A stretch of 64,000 nt of DNA from Candidatus Eiseniibacteriota bacterium (GCA_963717505.1 OY970342.1:3520001-3584000), one strand, 5' to 3'. Shown: positions 27,694 to 38,473, counted from the stretch's first letter. The notes: a model not told the origin generated them from the letters alone. Translations and numbers: made by a program.

Positions 27694-29156
27694 CCACCCC
27701 GTCGCGCAGCGAATTCCGCACCCTGGCCGGCGGCGGCAAGCTGGTCCCGATCTACCGCGAGGTGTTCGCCGACCACGACACGCCGGTCTCGGCCTTCCGC
27801 AAGATCGACGACGGTAGCTACGGGTTCCTGCTCGAGAGCGTCGAAGGCGGCGAGACCTGGGGGCGCTTCTCGCTGCTGGGTAGCAGGCCGTCTTTGGTGT
27901 TCGCCGCGCGCGGGGACCGCTGCGAGATCCGCCAGGGCGGCAAGGTCACGCCGGGCACTCGACCGCCGGTCGAAGAGCTGGCGGCGTTGCTGCGCGATCA
28001 TCAGGCCGTGCCACTGCCCGGGCTGCCACGTTCGTGCGGCGGGGCGGTCGGCTATTTCGGCTACGACGCGGTGCGTTGGTTCGAGCGTGTACCCGACGAG
28101 AACAAGAACGACCTCGACCTGCCCGACGCCATGTTCCTGTTCGGTGACGTGGTCAGCGTGTTCGACAACCTCACGCACACCTTGAAGGTGGTGACGCACG
28201 CGCGTGCGGGCAAGGATCCCGACGCCGCCTACGACGCCGCGGTCGCGCGCCTGGATGCCGAAGTCGAACGGCTGCGCAAGCCGCTGGCCTGGTCGGAACC
28301 CCCGGCCGGCAAGCCGCCCGGCGAGCCGACATCGTCGGCGTCGCGGAAGGAGTTCATGGCCGCGGTCGATCGCGCCCGCGAGTTCATCCGCGCCGGCGAC
28401 ATCTTCCAGGTGGTGCTGTCGCACCGGATGAGCGCCCCGGTCTCGCACCCGGCGTTCGAAGCCTATCGCGCCCTGCGCGTCACCAACCCATCCCCTTATA
28501 TGTACTACCTGCGGCTCGACGGCTTCTCGCTGGTCGGCAGCTCACCCGAAGTGCTGGTCCGCCGCACCGGCCCGGCGGTCGAGGTTCGACCGATCGCGGG
28601 GACGCGGCCGCGCGGGCGCACGCCGGAGGAGGACCAGAGTCTCGAGCAGGAGCTGCTCGCGAGCGACAAGGAGCGCTCGGAGCACGTGATGCTGGTCGAC
28701 CTCGGGCGCAACGACGTCGGCCGGGTCGCCGAGTACGGTACGGTCGAGACCAACGAGTACATGACCGTCGAGCGCTATTCGCAGGTCATGCACCTGGTGT
28801 CCAACGTGCGCGGGCGCGCGCGGCCGAACCTGGCCCCGATGGACATCGTCCGCGCCTGCTTCCCGGCGGGAACCGTGTCGGGCGCCCCCAAAGTGCGCGC
28901 CATGGAGATCATCGACGAGCTGGAGGCGGTGCGCCGCGGCATCTACGCGGGCGCGGTCGGCCACTTCGACTATCATGGCAACCTGGACCTGTGCATCGCG
29001 ATCCGGACGCTGGTCTACGCCAATGGACGCGCGCACTGGGGCGTGGGCGCGGGGATCGTCGCCGACTCCGAGCCGGAACGGGAGTGGGAGGAAACGCTGA
29101 ACAAGGGACGTGCGCTGTGGCTGGCGGTCGAGCGCGCCGAGCGGGGGACCGAGTGA
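27690..29156 (+). CDS. trpE: Anthranilate synthase component I
   Basis: [62 protein letters not shown]. Confidence 0.95.
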   Translation: MTTPSRSEFRTLAGGGKLVPIYREVFADHDTPVSAFRKIDDGSYGFLLESVEGGETWGRFSLLGSRPSLVFAARGDRCEIRQGGKVTPGTRPPVEELAALLRDHQAVPLPGLPRSCGGAVGYFGYDAVRWFERVPDENKNDLDLPDAMFLFGDVVSVFDNLTHTLKVVTHARAGKDPDAAYDAAVARLDAEVERLRKPLAWSEPPAGKPPGEPTSSASRKEFMAAVDRAREFIRAGDIFQVVLSHRMSAPVSHPAFEAYRALRVTNPSPYMYYLRLDGFSLVGSSPEVLVRRTGPAVEVRPIAGTRPRGRTPEEDQSLEQELLASDKERSEHVMLVDLGRNDVGRVAEYGTVETNEYMTVERYSQVMHLVSNVRGRARPNLAPMDIVRACFPAGTVSGAPKVRAMEIIDELEAVRRGIYAGAVGHFDYHGNLDLCIAIRTLVYANGRAHWGVGAGIVADSEPEREWEETLNKGRALWLAVERAERGTE

Positions 29157-29743
29157 TCGGAGTCATCGACAACTACGACTCGTTCACCTATAACCTGGTC
29201 CAGTACCTGGGCACGCTGGGCGCCGAGGTCGAGGTGCATCGCAACGACGCGATCACCGTCGCGGCCCTCGCCGCCCGTCCGCTCGATGGGCTGGTGATCT
29301 CGCCCGGACCGGGCGAGCCGCGCGATGCCGGCATCTCCGAGGACGCAATCCGCAAACTGGCGGGCACGGTGCCGATCCTGGGCGTCTGTCTGGGACATCA
29401 GGGCCTGGGCGAGGTCTACGGCGGGAAGGTCGTGCGCGCGGCGCGGCTGATGCACGGCAAGACCAGCCCGGTGCTCCACCTCGGCCGCGGACTGTTCGCG
29501 GGGCTCGACAATCCGTTCGAAGCCACGCGCTACCACTCGCTGATCGTCGAGCGCGAGAGCCTGCCCCAAATCCTCGAGATCGTCGCCTGGACGCCGGAAG
29601 GGGAGATCATGGGGCTCAAGCATCGCGAGACCGAGACCTGGGGGGTCCAGTTCCACCCCGAGTCGGTGCTCACGCGTCAGGGCATGAAACTGATCGAGAA
29701 CTTCCTCACGCTGTGCCGCCAACACCAGGGGCTGCGCAAATGA
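29153..29743 (+). CDS. trpG: Anthranilate synthase component II (glutamine amidotransferase)
   Basis: [42 protein letters not shown]. Confidence 0.94.
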   Translation: MIGVIDNYDSFTYNLVQYLGTLGAEVEVHRNDAITVAALAARPLDGLVISPGPGEPRDAGISEDAIRKLAGTVPILGVCLGHQGLGEVYGGKVVRAARLMHGKTSPVLHLGRGLFAGLDNPFEATRYHSLIVERESLPQILEIVAWTPEGEIMGLKHRETETWGVQFHPESVLTRQGMKLIENFLTLCRQHQGLRK

Positions 29744-30747
29744 TCCCGTCGGCGATCGCCAAGGTGGTGACCGGCGAGGCGCTGAGCCGCGAAGCGGCGC
29801 GCACCGCCATGGAGCAGATTCTCGCAGGTGATGCGACGCCGGCTCAGATCGCCGCGCTCGTGGTCGGGCTGCGCATGAAGGGCGAGACGCCGCTCGAGAT
29901 CGCGGGCATGGCCGAGGCGCTGCGCGCGCGCAGCTCGCCGATTCGCACACGGCGCGCCCCGCTGGTCGACACCTGCGGCACCGGCGGCGACTCCGCCGGC
30001 ACCTTCAACATCTCGACCACGGTGGCGCTGGTCGCGGCTTCGTGCGGCGTGGCGGTCGCCAAGCACGGCAACCGTGCGGTGTCGAGCCGCACCGGCAGCG
30101 CCGACGTGCTCGAGTCGCTCGGCGTGCGCATCGATCTGACGCCCGAGGCCGCCGGCCGCTCGCTCGACCTGCTCGGCATCACGTTCCTGTTCGCGCCCAA
30201 CTACCACGCGGCCCTGCGCCACGCGGCGGCACCCCGCCGCGAGATCGGCGTGCGCACGGTGTTCAACGTGCTCGGGCCGTTGTCGAACCCCGCGGGTGCT
30301 CGCCGGCAGCTGCTCGGCGTCTACTCCGACACGCTGGTGCGCCCGGTCGCCGAGGTCCTGCGCGAGCTGGGCACCGAGCACGCCTGGATCGTTCACGGCC
30401 GCGACGGCCTCGACGAGCTGACGGTCTTTGGGCCATCCCACGTCGCCGAGGTGCGCGACGGCGCGATTCGCGAGTTCGAGGTGAAGCCCTCCGAGCTGGG
30501 GCTCGAAGCCCGCGACCGTGAGGGCATCGCCGGCGGCGACCCGCGGGCCAACGCCGCGCGCATTCGCGCGATCCTCGACGGCGAAAAAGGACCCGCCCGC
30601 GACATCGTGTTGCTCAACACCGCGGCGGCACTGATCGTGGCCGGGCTCGCGGCCAATCTCAGCCAAGGGATCGATCGCGCCGCTCAGGCGATCGATCGCG
30701 GCGAGGCGAAGGCCAAGCTCCAAGAGCTGGCTACGTTCCGCGGATGA
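29740..30747 (+). CDS. trpD: Anthranilate phosphoribosyltransferase
   Basis: [41 protein letters not shown]. Confidence 0.95.
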   Translation: MIPSAIAKVVTGEALSREAARTAMEQILAGDATPAQIAALVVGLRMKGETPLEIAGMAEALRARSSPIRTRRAPLVDTCGTGGDSAGTFNISTTVALVAASCGVAVAKHGNRAVSSRTGSADVLESLGVRIDLTPEAAGRSLDLLGITFLFAPNYHAALRHAAAPRREIGVRTVFNVLGPLSNPAGARRQLLGVYSDTLVRPVAEVLRELGTEHAWIVHGRDGLDELTVFGPSHVAEVRDGAIREFEVKPSELGLEARDREGIAGGDPRANAARIRAILDGEKGPARDIVLLNTAAALIVAGLAANLSQGIDRAAQAIDRGEAKAKLQELATFRG

Positions 30748-31550
30748 GCCCGACCGCCTCCATCCTCGCCCGCATCGCGAACGACCGGCGCCGCCGGGTG
30801 GCGGCAGCCATGATTCAGACGCCGGCCCACGTGTTGCGCGCGCAGCTCGCGCCGCGGCCGGACGGACGGCTCGAGCGCGCCCTGCGCCGCGGGAGTGCCG
30901 CGAATCCGATCAAGCTGCTGTGCGAAGTGAAGCGGGCATCGCCCTCCAAGGGCACGTTCAAGGCCGACGTCGATCCGGTCGACATGGCCACGCTCTACGA
31001 GAAGGGAGGAGCCGCGGCGGTGTCGCTGGTCACCGAGCCGGATCACTTCCTCGGCGACCCGGCCTGGATCAACGCAACGCGACCGCAAGTTCGGCTGCCG
31101 ATCCTCATGAAAGATTTCGTGATCGACTCTTGGCAGCTACTCGACGCCGCAGCTCGGGGAGCGGATGGGATTCTCTTGATTGCCGCGCTATTGCCCGAAG
31201 CCCAGTTGCAACGCCTGGTCGGCGAAGCCAAACGGTTGGGACTGGATCCGCTGACCGAAGTCCATGACGAGGTCGAGCTGCTGCGCGCGCTACGCGCCGG
31301 AGCCACGCTGATCGGCATCAACAACCGCAACCTGGAAACCTTCGAGGTTCGCCCGGAGACCGCGATCGAGCTCTTGCCGATGGTGCCGCCGATGGTCACC
31401 GCGGTGGCCGAAAGCGGGTTCGCGAACCCGGCGGATCTGGCGAGCTTGCAGAGTACGCGCTGCGACGCCGTGTTGATCGGCGAGGCGTTCATGACCAGCA
31501 CCGACCCGGCCGCGACGCTGGCCGCCTTCCAGACGGCGGCGCGCGGATGA
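30744..31550 (+). CDS. trpC: Indole-3-glycerol phosphate synthase
   Basis: EVKRASPSKG, LP.L.KDF, EVH, GINNRNL.TF, AESG, LIGEA.M. Confidence 0.94.
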   Translation: MSPTASILARIANDRRRRVAAAMIQTPAHVLRAQLAPRPDGRLERALRRGSAANPIKLLCEVKRASPSKGTFKADVDPVDMATLYEKGGAAAVSLVTEPDHFLGDPAWINATRPQVRLPILMKDFVIDSWQLLDAAARGADGILLIAALLPEAQLQRLVGEAKRLGLDPLTEVHDEVELLRALRAGATLIGINNRNLETFEVRPETAIELLPMVPPMVTAVAESGFANPADLASLQSTRCDAVLIGEAFMTSTDPAATLAAFQTAARG

Positions 31551-31572
31551 ACGGCGCGGGGGAGGGCTCGCG

Positions 31573-32220
31573 ATGGCGCGGCGCACCCTGGTCAAAGTCT
31601 GCGGCCTCACCCGGCTCGCCGATGCCCGAGTGGCGCACGATGCCGGCGCCGACTGGCTTGGGGTGATCCTCAAGCACGACGGCGTGCGGCGGATTTCGCT
31701 CGAGACTGCACGCGAGATCACGACCGCGCTTGATGGCACCGTGGTGGTGGCGGTCATGGTGCAGCCGACGCCGGGTGAAGCGTTGCACCTCGCCACGCGC
31801 GCCCGCGCGCAGCGCGTCCAACTCCATGGCGTCAATCCGCTCGGCTGGCCCGAGGACTTTCCGCTCCCGGTCACGTTCTCGATCCCGGTGGCCGAAGACG
31901 GCTCGCTGGCCTTGCCGCTGCCCGACGCACGCAGCCTGGTGCTGCTCGACACCGCACAGGCCTCGAGCGCCGGGGGCTCCGGCCGCACGTTCCCGTGGCG
32001 CACGGCGCGCGTGGTCGCGGCGACCCGCGACATTCTGCTGGCCGGCGGCCTCGCCGCAGACAATGTTGCAGCGGCGCTCGATGCCTCGCGCCCCTTCGGC
32101 GTCGATGCGTCTTCGCGGCTCGAGTCGGCACCGGGTATCAAAGACGAAGCGCGCGTGCGCGCGTTCGTCCAGGCAGTGCGTGAATGGGACGCAACCGCGA
32201 CTCGAAAGGAACACCCATGA
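31573..32220 (+). CDS. trpF: Phosphoribosylanthranilate isomerase
   Basis: VKVCGLT, VQLHG, GGSG.TF.W, LAGGL..DNV, GVDASS.LE..PG.KD. Confidence 0.93.
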   Translation: MARRTLVKVCGLTRLADARVAHDAGADWLGVILKHDGVRRISLETAREITTALDGTVVVAVMVQPTPGEALHLATRARAQRVQLHGVNPLGWPEDFPLPVTFSIPVAEDGSLALPLPDARSLVLLDTAQASSAGGSGRTFPWRTARVVAATRDILLAGGLAADNVAAALDASRPFGVDASSRLESAPGIKDEARVRAFVQAVREWDATATRKEHP

Positions 32221-33458
32221 CGCCCACGCGCGGAAAGCCTGAAGTTTCGCCGGCCGCGGGCACGACCGCAGCCGCGCCGGGATCGAACGACACCGGCCAC
32301 TTCGGCGAGTACGGTGGCCGATTCGTTCCCGAGACGCTGATCGCCGCCCTCGATCAGCTCGAAGCCGAGTATCGTTCCGCGCGCGCCGACGCCGGCTTCA
32401 TGGCCGAGCTGTCGGCCACGCTGCGCGACTTCGCGGGCCGGCCGACCCCTCTGGTCGAGGCGAAGCGTCTGTCGGAGGCCGCCGGATGTCGCGTGTTCCT
32501 CAAACGCGAGGACCTGCTGCACACCGGCGCCCACAAGATCAACAACACCATCGGCCAGTGTCTGCTGACGCGCCGCATGGGCAAGCCGCGCGTGATCGCC
32601 GAGACCGGCGCCGGCCAGCACGGCGTGGCGACCGCCGCCGCCGCCGCGCGCTTCGGCCTCGAGTGTGCGGTGTACATGGGCAGCGAGGACGCGCGCCGCC
32701 AACACCTGAACGTTCAGCGCATGAAGCTGCTCGGCGCCGAAGTCCGCGAGGTCGACGCCGGCAGCCGCACGCTCAAGGACGCGATCAACGAGGCCCTGCG
32801 CGACTGGGTGACGCGGGTGCGCGACACGCACTACGTGCTCGGCTCGGTGCTCGGCCCGCACCCGTTCCCGACCCTGGTGCGCGACTTCCACAAAGTGATC
32901 GGCGAGGAAGCGCGGGCGCAGTTCGATGCCCAGGTCGGTGGCCTGCCCGATGTGCTCGTTGCCTGCGTCGGTGGTGGCAGCAATGCGATAGGGCTGTTCC
33001 ACGCGTTCCTGGGTGAACGTGCCGTGCGCAAGATCGGCGTCGAGGCCGGCGGACACGGCATTGCTTCGGGCAAGCACGCCGCGCGGATTCCCGAACACAC
33101 GGTCGGGGTGCTGCACGGCACTCGTACGCTGGTGCTCCAGGACGCCCGCGGCATGATCCGCGAGACTCATTCGGTTTCGGCCGGACTCGACTATCCGGCG
33201 CTCGGACCCGAACACGCGTGGCTCGCCGACCAGGGACTCGCCGAGTACAGCTATGCGTCGGACGACGAAGCGCTCGACGCCTTCGAAACACTGGCGAAGC
33301 TCGAAGGCATCTTACCCGCGCTCGAGAGCGCCCACGCCGTCGCCTGGGTGCTGCGGGAAGGGAAAAAGCTCGGGCCCATGGCGCAGGTGATCGTGAATCT
33401 CTCCGGGCGCGGCGACAAAGATGTCGAAGAAGTCCTGCGCGTGAGGGGACGGAAGTAG
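32217..33458 (+). CDS. trpB: Tryptophan synthase beta chain (TrpB1 type)
   Basis: [61 protein letters not shown]. Confidence 0.97.
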   Translation: MTPTRGKPEVSPAAGTTAAAPGSNDTGHFGEYGGRFVPETLIAALDQLEAEYRSARADAGFMAELSATLRDFAGRPTPLVEAKRLSEAAGCRVFLKREDLLHTGAHKINNTIGQCLLTRRMGKPRVIAETGAGQHGVATAAAAARFGLECAVYMGSEDARRQHLNVQRMKLLGAEVREVDAGSRTLKDAINEALRDWVTRVRDTHYVLGSVLGPHPFPTLVRDFHKVIGEEARAQFDAQVGGLPDVLVACVGGGSNAIGLFHAFLGERAVRKIGVEAGGHGIASGKHAARIPEHTVGVLHGTRTLVLQDARGMIRETHSVSAGLDYPALGPEHAWLADQGLAEYSYASDDEALDAFETLAKLEGILPALESAHAVAWVLREGKKLGPMAQVIVNLSGRGDKDVEEVLRVRGRK

Positions 33459-33473
33459 CGGCGGCAGACTCCT

Positions 33474-33558
33474 GACATCCCCCGGGGCATGTCGGCGCGG
33501 CGCTAAGTGGAACTGTCCGCGCGGACAGTCCAGGCGCAACTGTCCCCGGGGACAGTTG
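33474..33558. repeat. Cluster of three related palindromes
   Basis: GACATCCCCCGGGGCATGTC (33474-33493, 1 mismatch); ACTGTCCGCGCGGACAGT (33512-33529, perfect 18 bp); CAACTGTCCCCGGGGACAGTTG (33537-33558, perfect 22 bp). Confidence 0.85.
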
Positions 33559-33594
33559 AAGGCGGGGCGCCGGAGGCGCGCCGCAGGCGGCATG

Positions 33595-33603
33595 TGCTAT
33601 AAA
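33595..33603 (+). promoter_or_regulatory. Extended -10 promoter for tRNA-Arg
   Basis: TG-C-TATAAA ends 10 nt before the tRNA 5' end. Confidence 0.55.
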
Positions 33604-33613
33604 CGTTGGTCCC

Positions 33614-33690
33614 GCGCCCGTAGCTCAATTGGATAGAGCGTTAGCCTCCGGAGCTAAAGGTTACAGGTTCGATTCCTGTCGGGCGCACCA
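33614..33690 (+). tRNA. tRNA-Arg(CCG)
   Basis: GCGCCCG/CGGGCGC acceptor stem, anticodon arm TTAGC-CT CCG GA-GCTAA, T loop GGTTCGATTCC, encoded CCA; 77 nt. Confidence 0.97.
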
Positions 33691-33722
33691 CCACCGCACG
33701 TACGTCGATCCAGTACTCATGT

Positions 33723-33761
33723 ACCGCCCCAATCGGTGACGGCCGGTTGGGGCGGTCTTGC
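33723..33761 (+). terminator. Hairpin after tRNA-Arg, probable terminator
   Basis: ACCGCCCCAATCGGT-gacg-GCCGGTTGGGGCGGT followed by CTTGCTT (weak U tract). Confidence 0.5.
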
Positions 33762-33956
33762 TTGAAGCACGCCGCGGCAGCATTGGGCTGACTGGAAATT
33801 CAGGAAAGTTGCTGAAGCCGTACCAGAGCACAGAAATCCGGATAGACCGGTGGGCCGGAGCCAGTGAAATTTGGTATGGAGTGGGGCCAGGGACAGGCGT
33901 AGACTTTTCTCCACGCGGATGCGCTCCCCATGCCGCGTTTGAGAAAGGAGCGACCC

Positions 33957-36386
33957 ATGTCCCAGCTCCGCCTCGTGCTCATCGGCAGTCTGCTCGCCGC
34001 GATCGCACCCGCGGCTCGAGCTCAGAACATCCAGAGGGACCTCGCAATGGTAACGGGGAGCGTCAACGCCATGGCGATCCGCGGCAGGACGCTCTACCTC
34101 GGGGGTAACTTCACCTCGATTGGCCCAACGACCGGCGCATTCGCGATCGTCGATACGGTAGACGGCAGCTACCGTGGCGGCCCCCAGGTTCTCGGCTATG
34201 TGACGTCGATCGTGTCGGACGGATCCGGCGGTTGGTACCTGGGAGGCACGTTCTCGGCGGTCGGAGGAATGCCCCGAGCCAATCTCGCCCATGTTCTCGC
34301 CGACGGTTCGGTGTCGCCATGGAATCCCGGCACCAACGGCGATGTGCGATCGATCGCCCTGGACGGAACGGTACTCTATGTCGGCGGTGCCTACTCCACG
34401 GCGGGCGGCGCCGCCCGCGCCAATCTCGCCGCCATCGACGTGGCATCGGGAGCCGCGACGTCGTGGAACCCTGCACCCAACAGCCAGGTGAACGTGGTCA
34501 GTCCTCACGGAGGAGTGGTGTACGCGGGTGGTTTCTTCACGCAGATCGGTGGTCAGCCTCGGAATCGAGTCGCTGCGCTGAGTCCCGCGACCGGGTCCGC
34601 GACCGGCTGGAATCCGGACGCGAACAACACCATCCGAGCGATGGCCTTCAGGGATACGGTGATCTATCTGGGCGGAGACTTCGCCACGGTCGGAGGTCAG
34701 CCGCGCGGACGCTTTGCCATTGTCGGCGCGGTCGGAGGAGCGCCCACCGCGTGGGCTCCTTCCTTCACGCACACCGATTTCCATTTTGAGCCGTTCGTCT
34801 CAGCAATCACCGTGTCCGATTCCCGTCTGTATGTGGGCGGCTTCTTCAATCGCGTCGACGGAGTGACCCGCGTTGGCGCGGCGGACTTCGACGCCGGAAC
34901 CGGGGCCCTTGGGGCGTGGAATCCGGGGGTCAACACTGGCATGACCCAGATTCTGGCTTCGGGCCCCAAGCTCTATCTCGCGGGGAATCTGAACTACCTT
35001 GTCGGATCCGAGGCGAGGAATGGTCCGGCCGCAGTCGACGTCGCGACCGGAGTGATTCCGGCCTGGGACCCGAAGCCCTCCAACTATTGCTGGACGCTGG
35101 CGGAGTCCGGCGGCCGGATCGCGATGGGTGGAGGTTTCCAGAGCGTCAACTTCAAGACCCGATACAACCTCGCGGCCATCAATCTGGACACCGGACAGCC
35201 CACCGATTGGAACCCGGGAACGAATGATGTGGTCTATGCGCTGGCCGCAGGGGACTCGGTAATTTTCGCGGGCGGCCAATTCTCGGAGATCGGCGGGCAG
35301 ACCCGATACAACCTCGCCGCTCTCGACCCGGTCACTGGAGTTCCCACCGCGTGGGACCCTGCCGTGAACGGCAACGGCGGTGGCGCGTATCTACTCGCGC
35401 TGGCGACATCGGGGCCGACGGTCTATGTCGGCGGGATCTTCACCAGTATCGGCGGACAGAACCGCAATTTCATTGCCGCGCTGAACGGCGCCGGTTCGGC
35501 GACGCCTTGGGACCCGTCGCCAGACGGGCCGGTCTGGTCTCTTGCCGCGACCCCGACGGCCGTGTACGCGGGGGGAGAGTTCACCCAGATCGGATCCGCC
35601 ACGCGCAATCATCTCGCCGCCATCAGCCCGGCGACCGGTGCCGCCACCGCCTGGAATCCCTCGGTGACGGGCTCGAACGTGAATGCGATCGTGCCCCATG
35701 GGAATGTCGTCTACGTCGGCGGGAGCTTCACCCAGATCGGCTCTTCGAATCGAAACGGTCTCGCGGCGATTCGGGTCAGCAACGGAAATGCGACCACCTG
35801 GAACCCCGGCGCTACGAATGCCGACCCGGCAACCGTGAACGCAATCGCCGTCGATCGGACGCGCGTTATTGCAGCCGGTGCTTTCTCGAATCTCGGTGGC
35901 GGCGCGTCCGCGAACGTGGCGGCCATCGATTCGACTTCAGGCTCGGCCCTGAGCTGGAATCCCGGTGTCCCCGACTACTGCCAGTCCCTGGCGCTGGACA
36001 AGTCCAGGGTGTACGTCGGAGGTGTGTTTATGTCTGTGGGCCTGTGGCCCCGGCGCGGCATCGCGGGAATCTACGAACCGGGCGTCGTCGGCGTTGATCC
36101 CCTGCCGATCGCCGAACCTGGACTCGCCCTGAGTGTGGCTCCGAATCCGAGCGGTGGGATCCTGCGTCTCGACTTCGTGGTGCCGGAGACTGCGCCCGTG
36201 AAACTCCGGATCTATGACGTGCAGGGACGCATCGTCGAGAGCCTGGTCGACGGATGGGTCGAAGCCGGGCCTCATCACGTGGAATGGACTGGAATGTCGC
36301 GGCGGGCACCCGTTAGCGCCGGCCTCTACTTCGTCCAGCTCGAAGTCGCGGGTCGAAAGGTGAGCCGCAGGGTCGTTCGGATGTGA
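33957..36386 (+). CDS. Secreted beta-propeller repeat protein with T9SS-CTD/FlgD-like C-terminus
   Basis: SD AAGGAG; signal peptide; more than 10 repeats of 'YVGG.FT.IGG..R..LAA.D..TG..T.WNP'; C-terminus 'APNPS...IYDVQGR.V..L...AG.H.V.W...AGLYFVQL'. Confidence 0.88.
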   Translation: MSQLRLVLIGSLLAAIAPAARAQNIQRDLAMVTGSVNAMAIRGRTLYLGGNFTSIGPTTGAFAIVDTVDGSYRGGPQVLGYVTSIVSDGSGGWYLGGTFSAVGGMPRANLAHVLADGSVSPWNPGTNGDVRSIALDGTVLYVGGAYSTAGGAARANLAAIDVASGAATSWNPAPNSQVNVVSPHGGVVYAGGFFTQIGGQPRNRVAALSPATGSATGWNPDANNTIRAMAFRDTVIYLGGDFATVGGQPRGRFAIVGAVGGAPTAWAPSFTHTDFHFEPFVSAITVSDSRLYVGGFFNRVDGVTRVGAADFDAGTGALGAWNPGVNTGMTQILASGPKLYLAGNLNYLVGSEARNGPAAVDVATGVIPAWDPKPSNYCWTLAESGGRIAMGGGFQSVNFKTRYNLAAINLDTGQPTDWNPGTNDVVYALAAGDSVIFAGGQFSEIGGQTRYNLAALDPVTGVPTAWDPAVNGNGGGAYLLALATSGPTVYVGGIFTSIGGQNRNFIAALNGAGSATPWDPSPDGPVWSLAATPTAVYAGGEFTQIGSATRNHLAAISPATGAATAWNPSVTGSNVNAIVPHGNVVYVGGSFTQIGSSNRNGLAAIRVSNGNATTWNPGATNADPATVNAIAVDRTRVIAAGAFSNLGGGASANVAAIDSTSGSALSWNPGVPDYCQSLALDKSRVYVGGVFMSVGLWPRRGIAGIYEPGVVGVDPLPIAEPGLALSVAPNPSGGILRLDFVVPETAPVKLRIYDVQGRIVESLVDGWVEAGPHHVEWTGMSRRAPVSAGLYFVQLEVAGRKVSRRVVRM

Positions 36387-36446
36387 TCAGATCGAGCAGT
36401 CACTTCTTGCTCTCCCGGAAACCCAGCCCGAGGTAGCCTCCAGCCA

Positions 36447-36617
36447 ATGAGCGCCAAGCGAACCGTTTGGATCGGGGCCATTGTCGGCTCGACAATCGGG
36501 GGCATGATCCCCAGCTTGTGGCATGCCTCGTGGTTGTCGATGTCGAGCATTCTCCTCTCGACGATCGGCGGCATCGCCGGCATATGGCTGGGTTGGAAGA
36601 TTGGCCGCATCACCTGA
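36447..36617 (+). CDS. Small Gly-rich two-TM membrane protein (56 aa; below the ORF-track cut-off)
   Basis: MSAKRTVWIGAIVGSTIGGMIPSLWHASWLSMSSILLSTIGGIAGIWLGWKIGRIT*; GAGGT upstream. Confidence 0.7.
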   Translation: MSAKRTVWIGAIVGSTIGGMIPSLWHASWLSMSSILLSTIGGIAGIWLGWKIGRIT

Positions 36618-36646
36618 ACTAGCCTCATCGCGAGGTTCAGACCTGC

Positions 36647-37477
36647 TTACACACCGACGCGTCGCCCAACGAGCGGCTTCGCCACCGCCGCCAGAATCAG
36701 AAGAGCGCCGAATACGCACACCACGCTCGCGCCCGGTGGGGCGCTCAGCCACACCGAGGTCATCATTCCGAGCACGCTGGCCAGCGTCGCCACCGTCCAG
36801 CCGATCGCCAGTCGAATGCCGACCGGCTCCGCGAACAACACGGCGATGACGCTCGGCACGATGAGATAACTGAACACCACCAACACGCCGCCCAGCTCTA
36901 CTGAGGCGGCGACCGTGAGGCCAAAGGTCGCGTAGAAGAGAAAGTCCCAGAGCTTGACGTTGATTCCCCGCGCCTTGGCGGCGACCGGATCCTGCGAGAT
37001 CTGGAGCAACGTCTTACGCCAGGCGACATGCAGCGCCCCGAGGACTACATAGAGGATGGCCAGGCGGAGGACATCCTTGGGGCCCACCGCCAGGAGCTGC
37101 CCGACCAGGACGTCGCGAATGTGCTCGGCCCCGTGCGGCGCGTTGTTGAGGATGAGCACAGTGGCCGCTGCGGCGACGGCGTAGACGATGCCGATGATCG
37201 CCTCCTGCGGGACACGACCCTTTTCCGAGCGAGTCAGCGAGAAGGTGGCCGCACCCAGCGTGGTGAATCCGAGCGCGAACCCGTACGTGCCAGGATCGTG
37301 CGGCTCCCATCCCCACAACGACGCCACCGCCGCACCCATCACCGCCATCTGCGCCAGGGAGAGGTCGACGAAGATGACCTCTCGTTCGACGACGTGGAGT
37401 CCCAGGTAAACGTGAATGCTCGCGATGCACAGCAGGCCGAGCAGCGGCCACAACAGGAATGGCAGCTGCTCCATCAT
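36647..37477 (-). CDS. Metal ABC transporter permease (ZnuB/MntB-like)
   Basis: YLGLHV..R.VIFVDLSLAQ.A..G, PQEA.IGI.YA, G.LVVFSYLI.P; about 8 TM segments; overlaps the SBP stop. Confidence 0.88.
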   Translation of the reverse strand: MMEQLPFLLWPLLGLLCIASIHVYLGLHVVEREVIFVDLSLAQMAVMGAAVASLWGWEPHDPGTYGFALGFTTLGAATFSLTRSEKGRVPQEAIIGIVYAVAAAATVLILNNAPHGAEHIRDVLVGQLLAVGPKDVLRLAILYVVLGALHVAWRKTLLQISQDPVAAKARGINVKLWDFLFYATFGLTVAASVELGGVLVVFSYLIVPSVIAVLFAEPVGIRLAIGWTVATLASVLGMMTSVWLSAPPGASVVCVFGALLILAAVAKPLVGRRVGV

Positions 37478-38463
37478 GGCTTGCCACCCTTGAGCGCCTG
37501 GCCAATCAGGGCGAGCTGCCGGTCGAACAGATCGAAATAGGTCTTGATGCCGTCTTCGGCGCCGACCGAGGTCGGTAGCACCACCAACGGCACGCCGGTG
37601 TCGGTTGCGATCTTCTGCGGCAGGCGAGGGTCGAAGAAGTCCTCCATGATCAGCAGCCGGACGCCGCCCTGCTTCATCTGAGCGACCAGGTCCTGGACGT
37701 GGTTGGGCGAGGGTGGAATGCCGGGCCGGGGCTCGACGTAGTTCACGACCTCGAAGCCGAACGCCCGAGCGAAGTAGGACCACGAGCGATGGTAGGTCAC
37801 GACTTTGACGCCGGTGAGTCCAATAGTCTGGGCTTGGGCCTTGAGGCGGGTCGCGGCTTCCCCGACCCGCTTCTCGAAGTCCGCGCAGCGCTGGTTGAAT
37901 AGCGCGGCATCCGAGGGCGATATCCGCAGGAGGCCATCGCGGATGGCGCGGGCGATGCCAATGCCATTCGTGGGATCGAGCCAGTAGTGGGGATTGCCGA
38001 ACGGATGGACGTCGCCGAGCGTTCGACTCACCGAGCTCGGGATCTCGATGATCTCGACCTGACTCGAAGCGTCGACGAAACCCGATCCACCCGTCAAGAT
38101 CTTCGAGTTCCGCGAGCCGCTCAGCAGCCCGGGGACCCAACCGACCTCGAGATCGCGCCCAACCTCGATGAACAAATCCGCTTTCTTGAGCTGCACCATG
38201 TACGAGGGCTTGGCATCCACGAAGTGCGGATCCTGATATCCACGGCAGATCGCGGACACCGCCACCCGATCGCCACCCACCTCGCGCGCGATCGCCGCCA
38301 GGTCTTCGGTGGTCGCCACGACCTGGAGCGGCTTGCTGGCAGCGTCGGCCGTGGCAATGAATGGGATCTGGGCGCCAACGGCCAGCATCGATGCCCAGGC
38401 GAGTGGGAAGGCAAGGCTGCGCACCTGCTGCATCCACGCGCGAGCCGAAGGGATCGAGTTCAT
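37474..38463 (-). CDS. Metal ABC transporter substrate-binding protein (ZnuA/cluster A-I-like)
   Basis: VVATT..LA.IA..VGGD.V, QDPHF, GDVHPFGNPHYWLDP, VTYH..W.YF, GIPPSP.H. Confidence 0.9.
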   Translation of the reverse strand: MNSIPSARAWMQQVRSLAFPLAWASMLAVGAQIPFIATADAASKPLQVVATTEDLAAIAREVGGDRVAVSAICRGYQDPHFVDAKPSYMVQLKKADLFIEVGRDLEVGWVPGLLSGSRNSKILTGGSGFVDASSQVEIIEIPSSVSRTLGDVHPFGNPHYWLDPTNGIGIARAIRDGLLRISPSDAALFNQRCADFEKRVGEAATRLKAQAQTIGLTGVKVVTYHRSWSYFARAFGFEVVNYVEPRPGIPPSPNHVQDLVAQMKQGGVRLLIMEDFFDPRLPQKIATDTGVPLVVLPTSVGAEDGIKTYFDLFDRQLALIGQALKGGKP

Positions 38464-38473
38464 GGCAGCTCCG

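Noticed and set aside
33474-33558. Mini CRISPR array
   Set aside because: Units are not identical direct repeats, the spacers (7 and 18 nt) are too short and unequal, and no cas genes are present.
33690-36640. Integrative element at the tRNA-Arg 3' end
   Set aside because: No integrase, and no duplicated tRNA 3' end (attR) was seen downstream.
36647-38437. 596-aa ORF suggesting an extended or fused permease
   Set aside because: The real permease starts at ATG 37477, overlapping the SBP stop; the upstream part is an alternate frame of the SBP gene.
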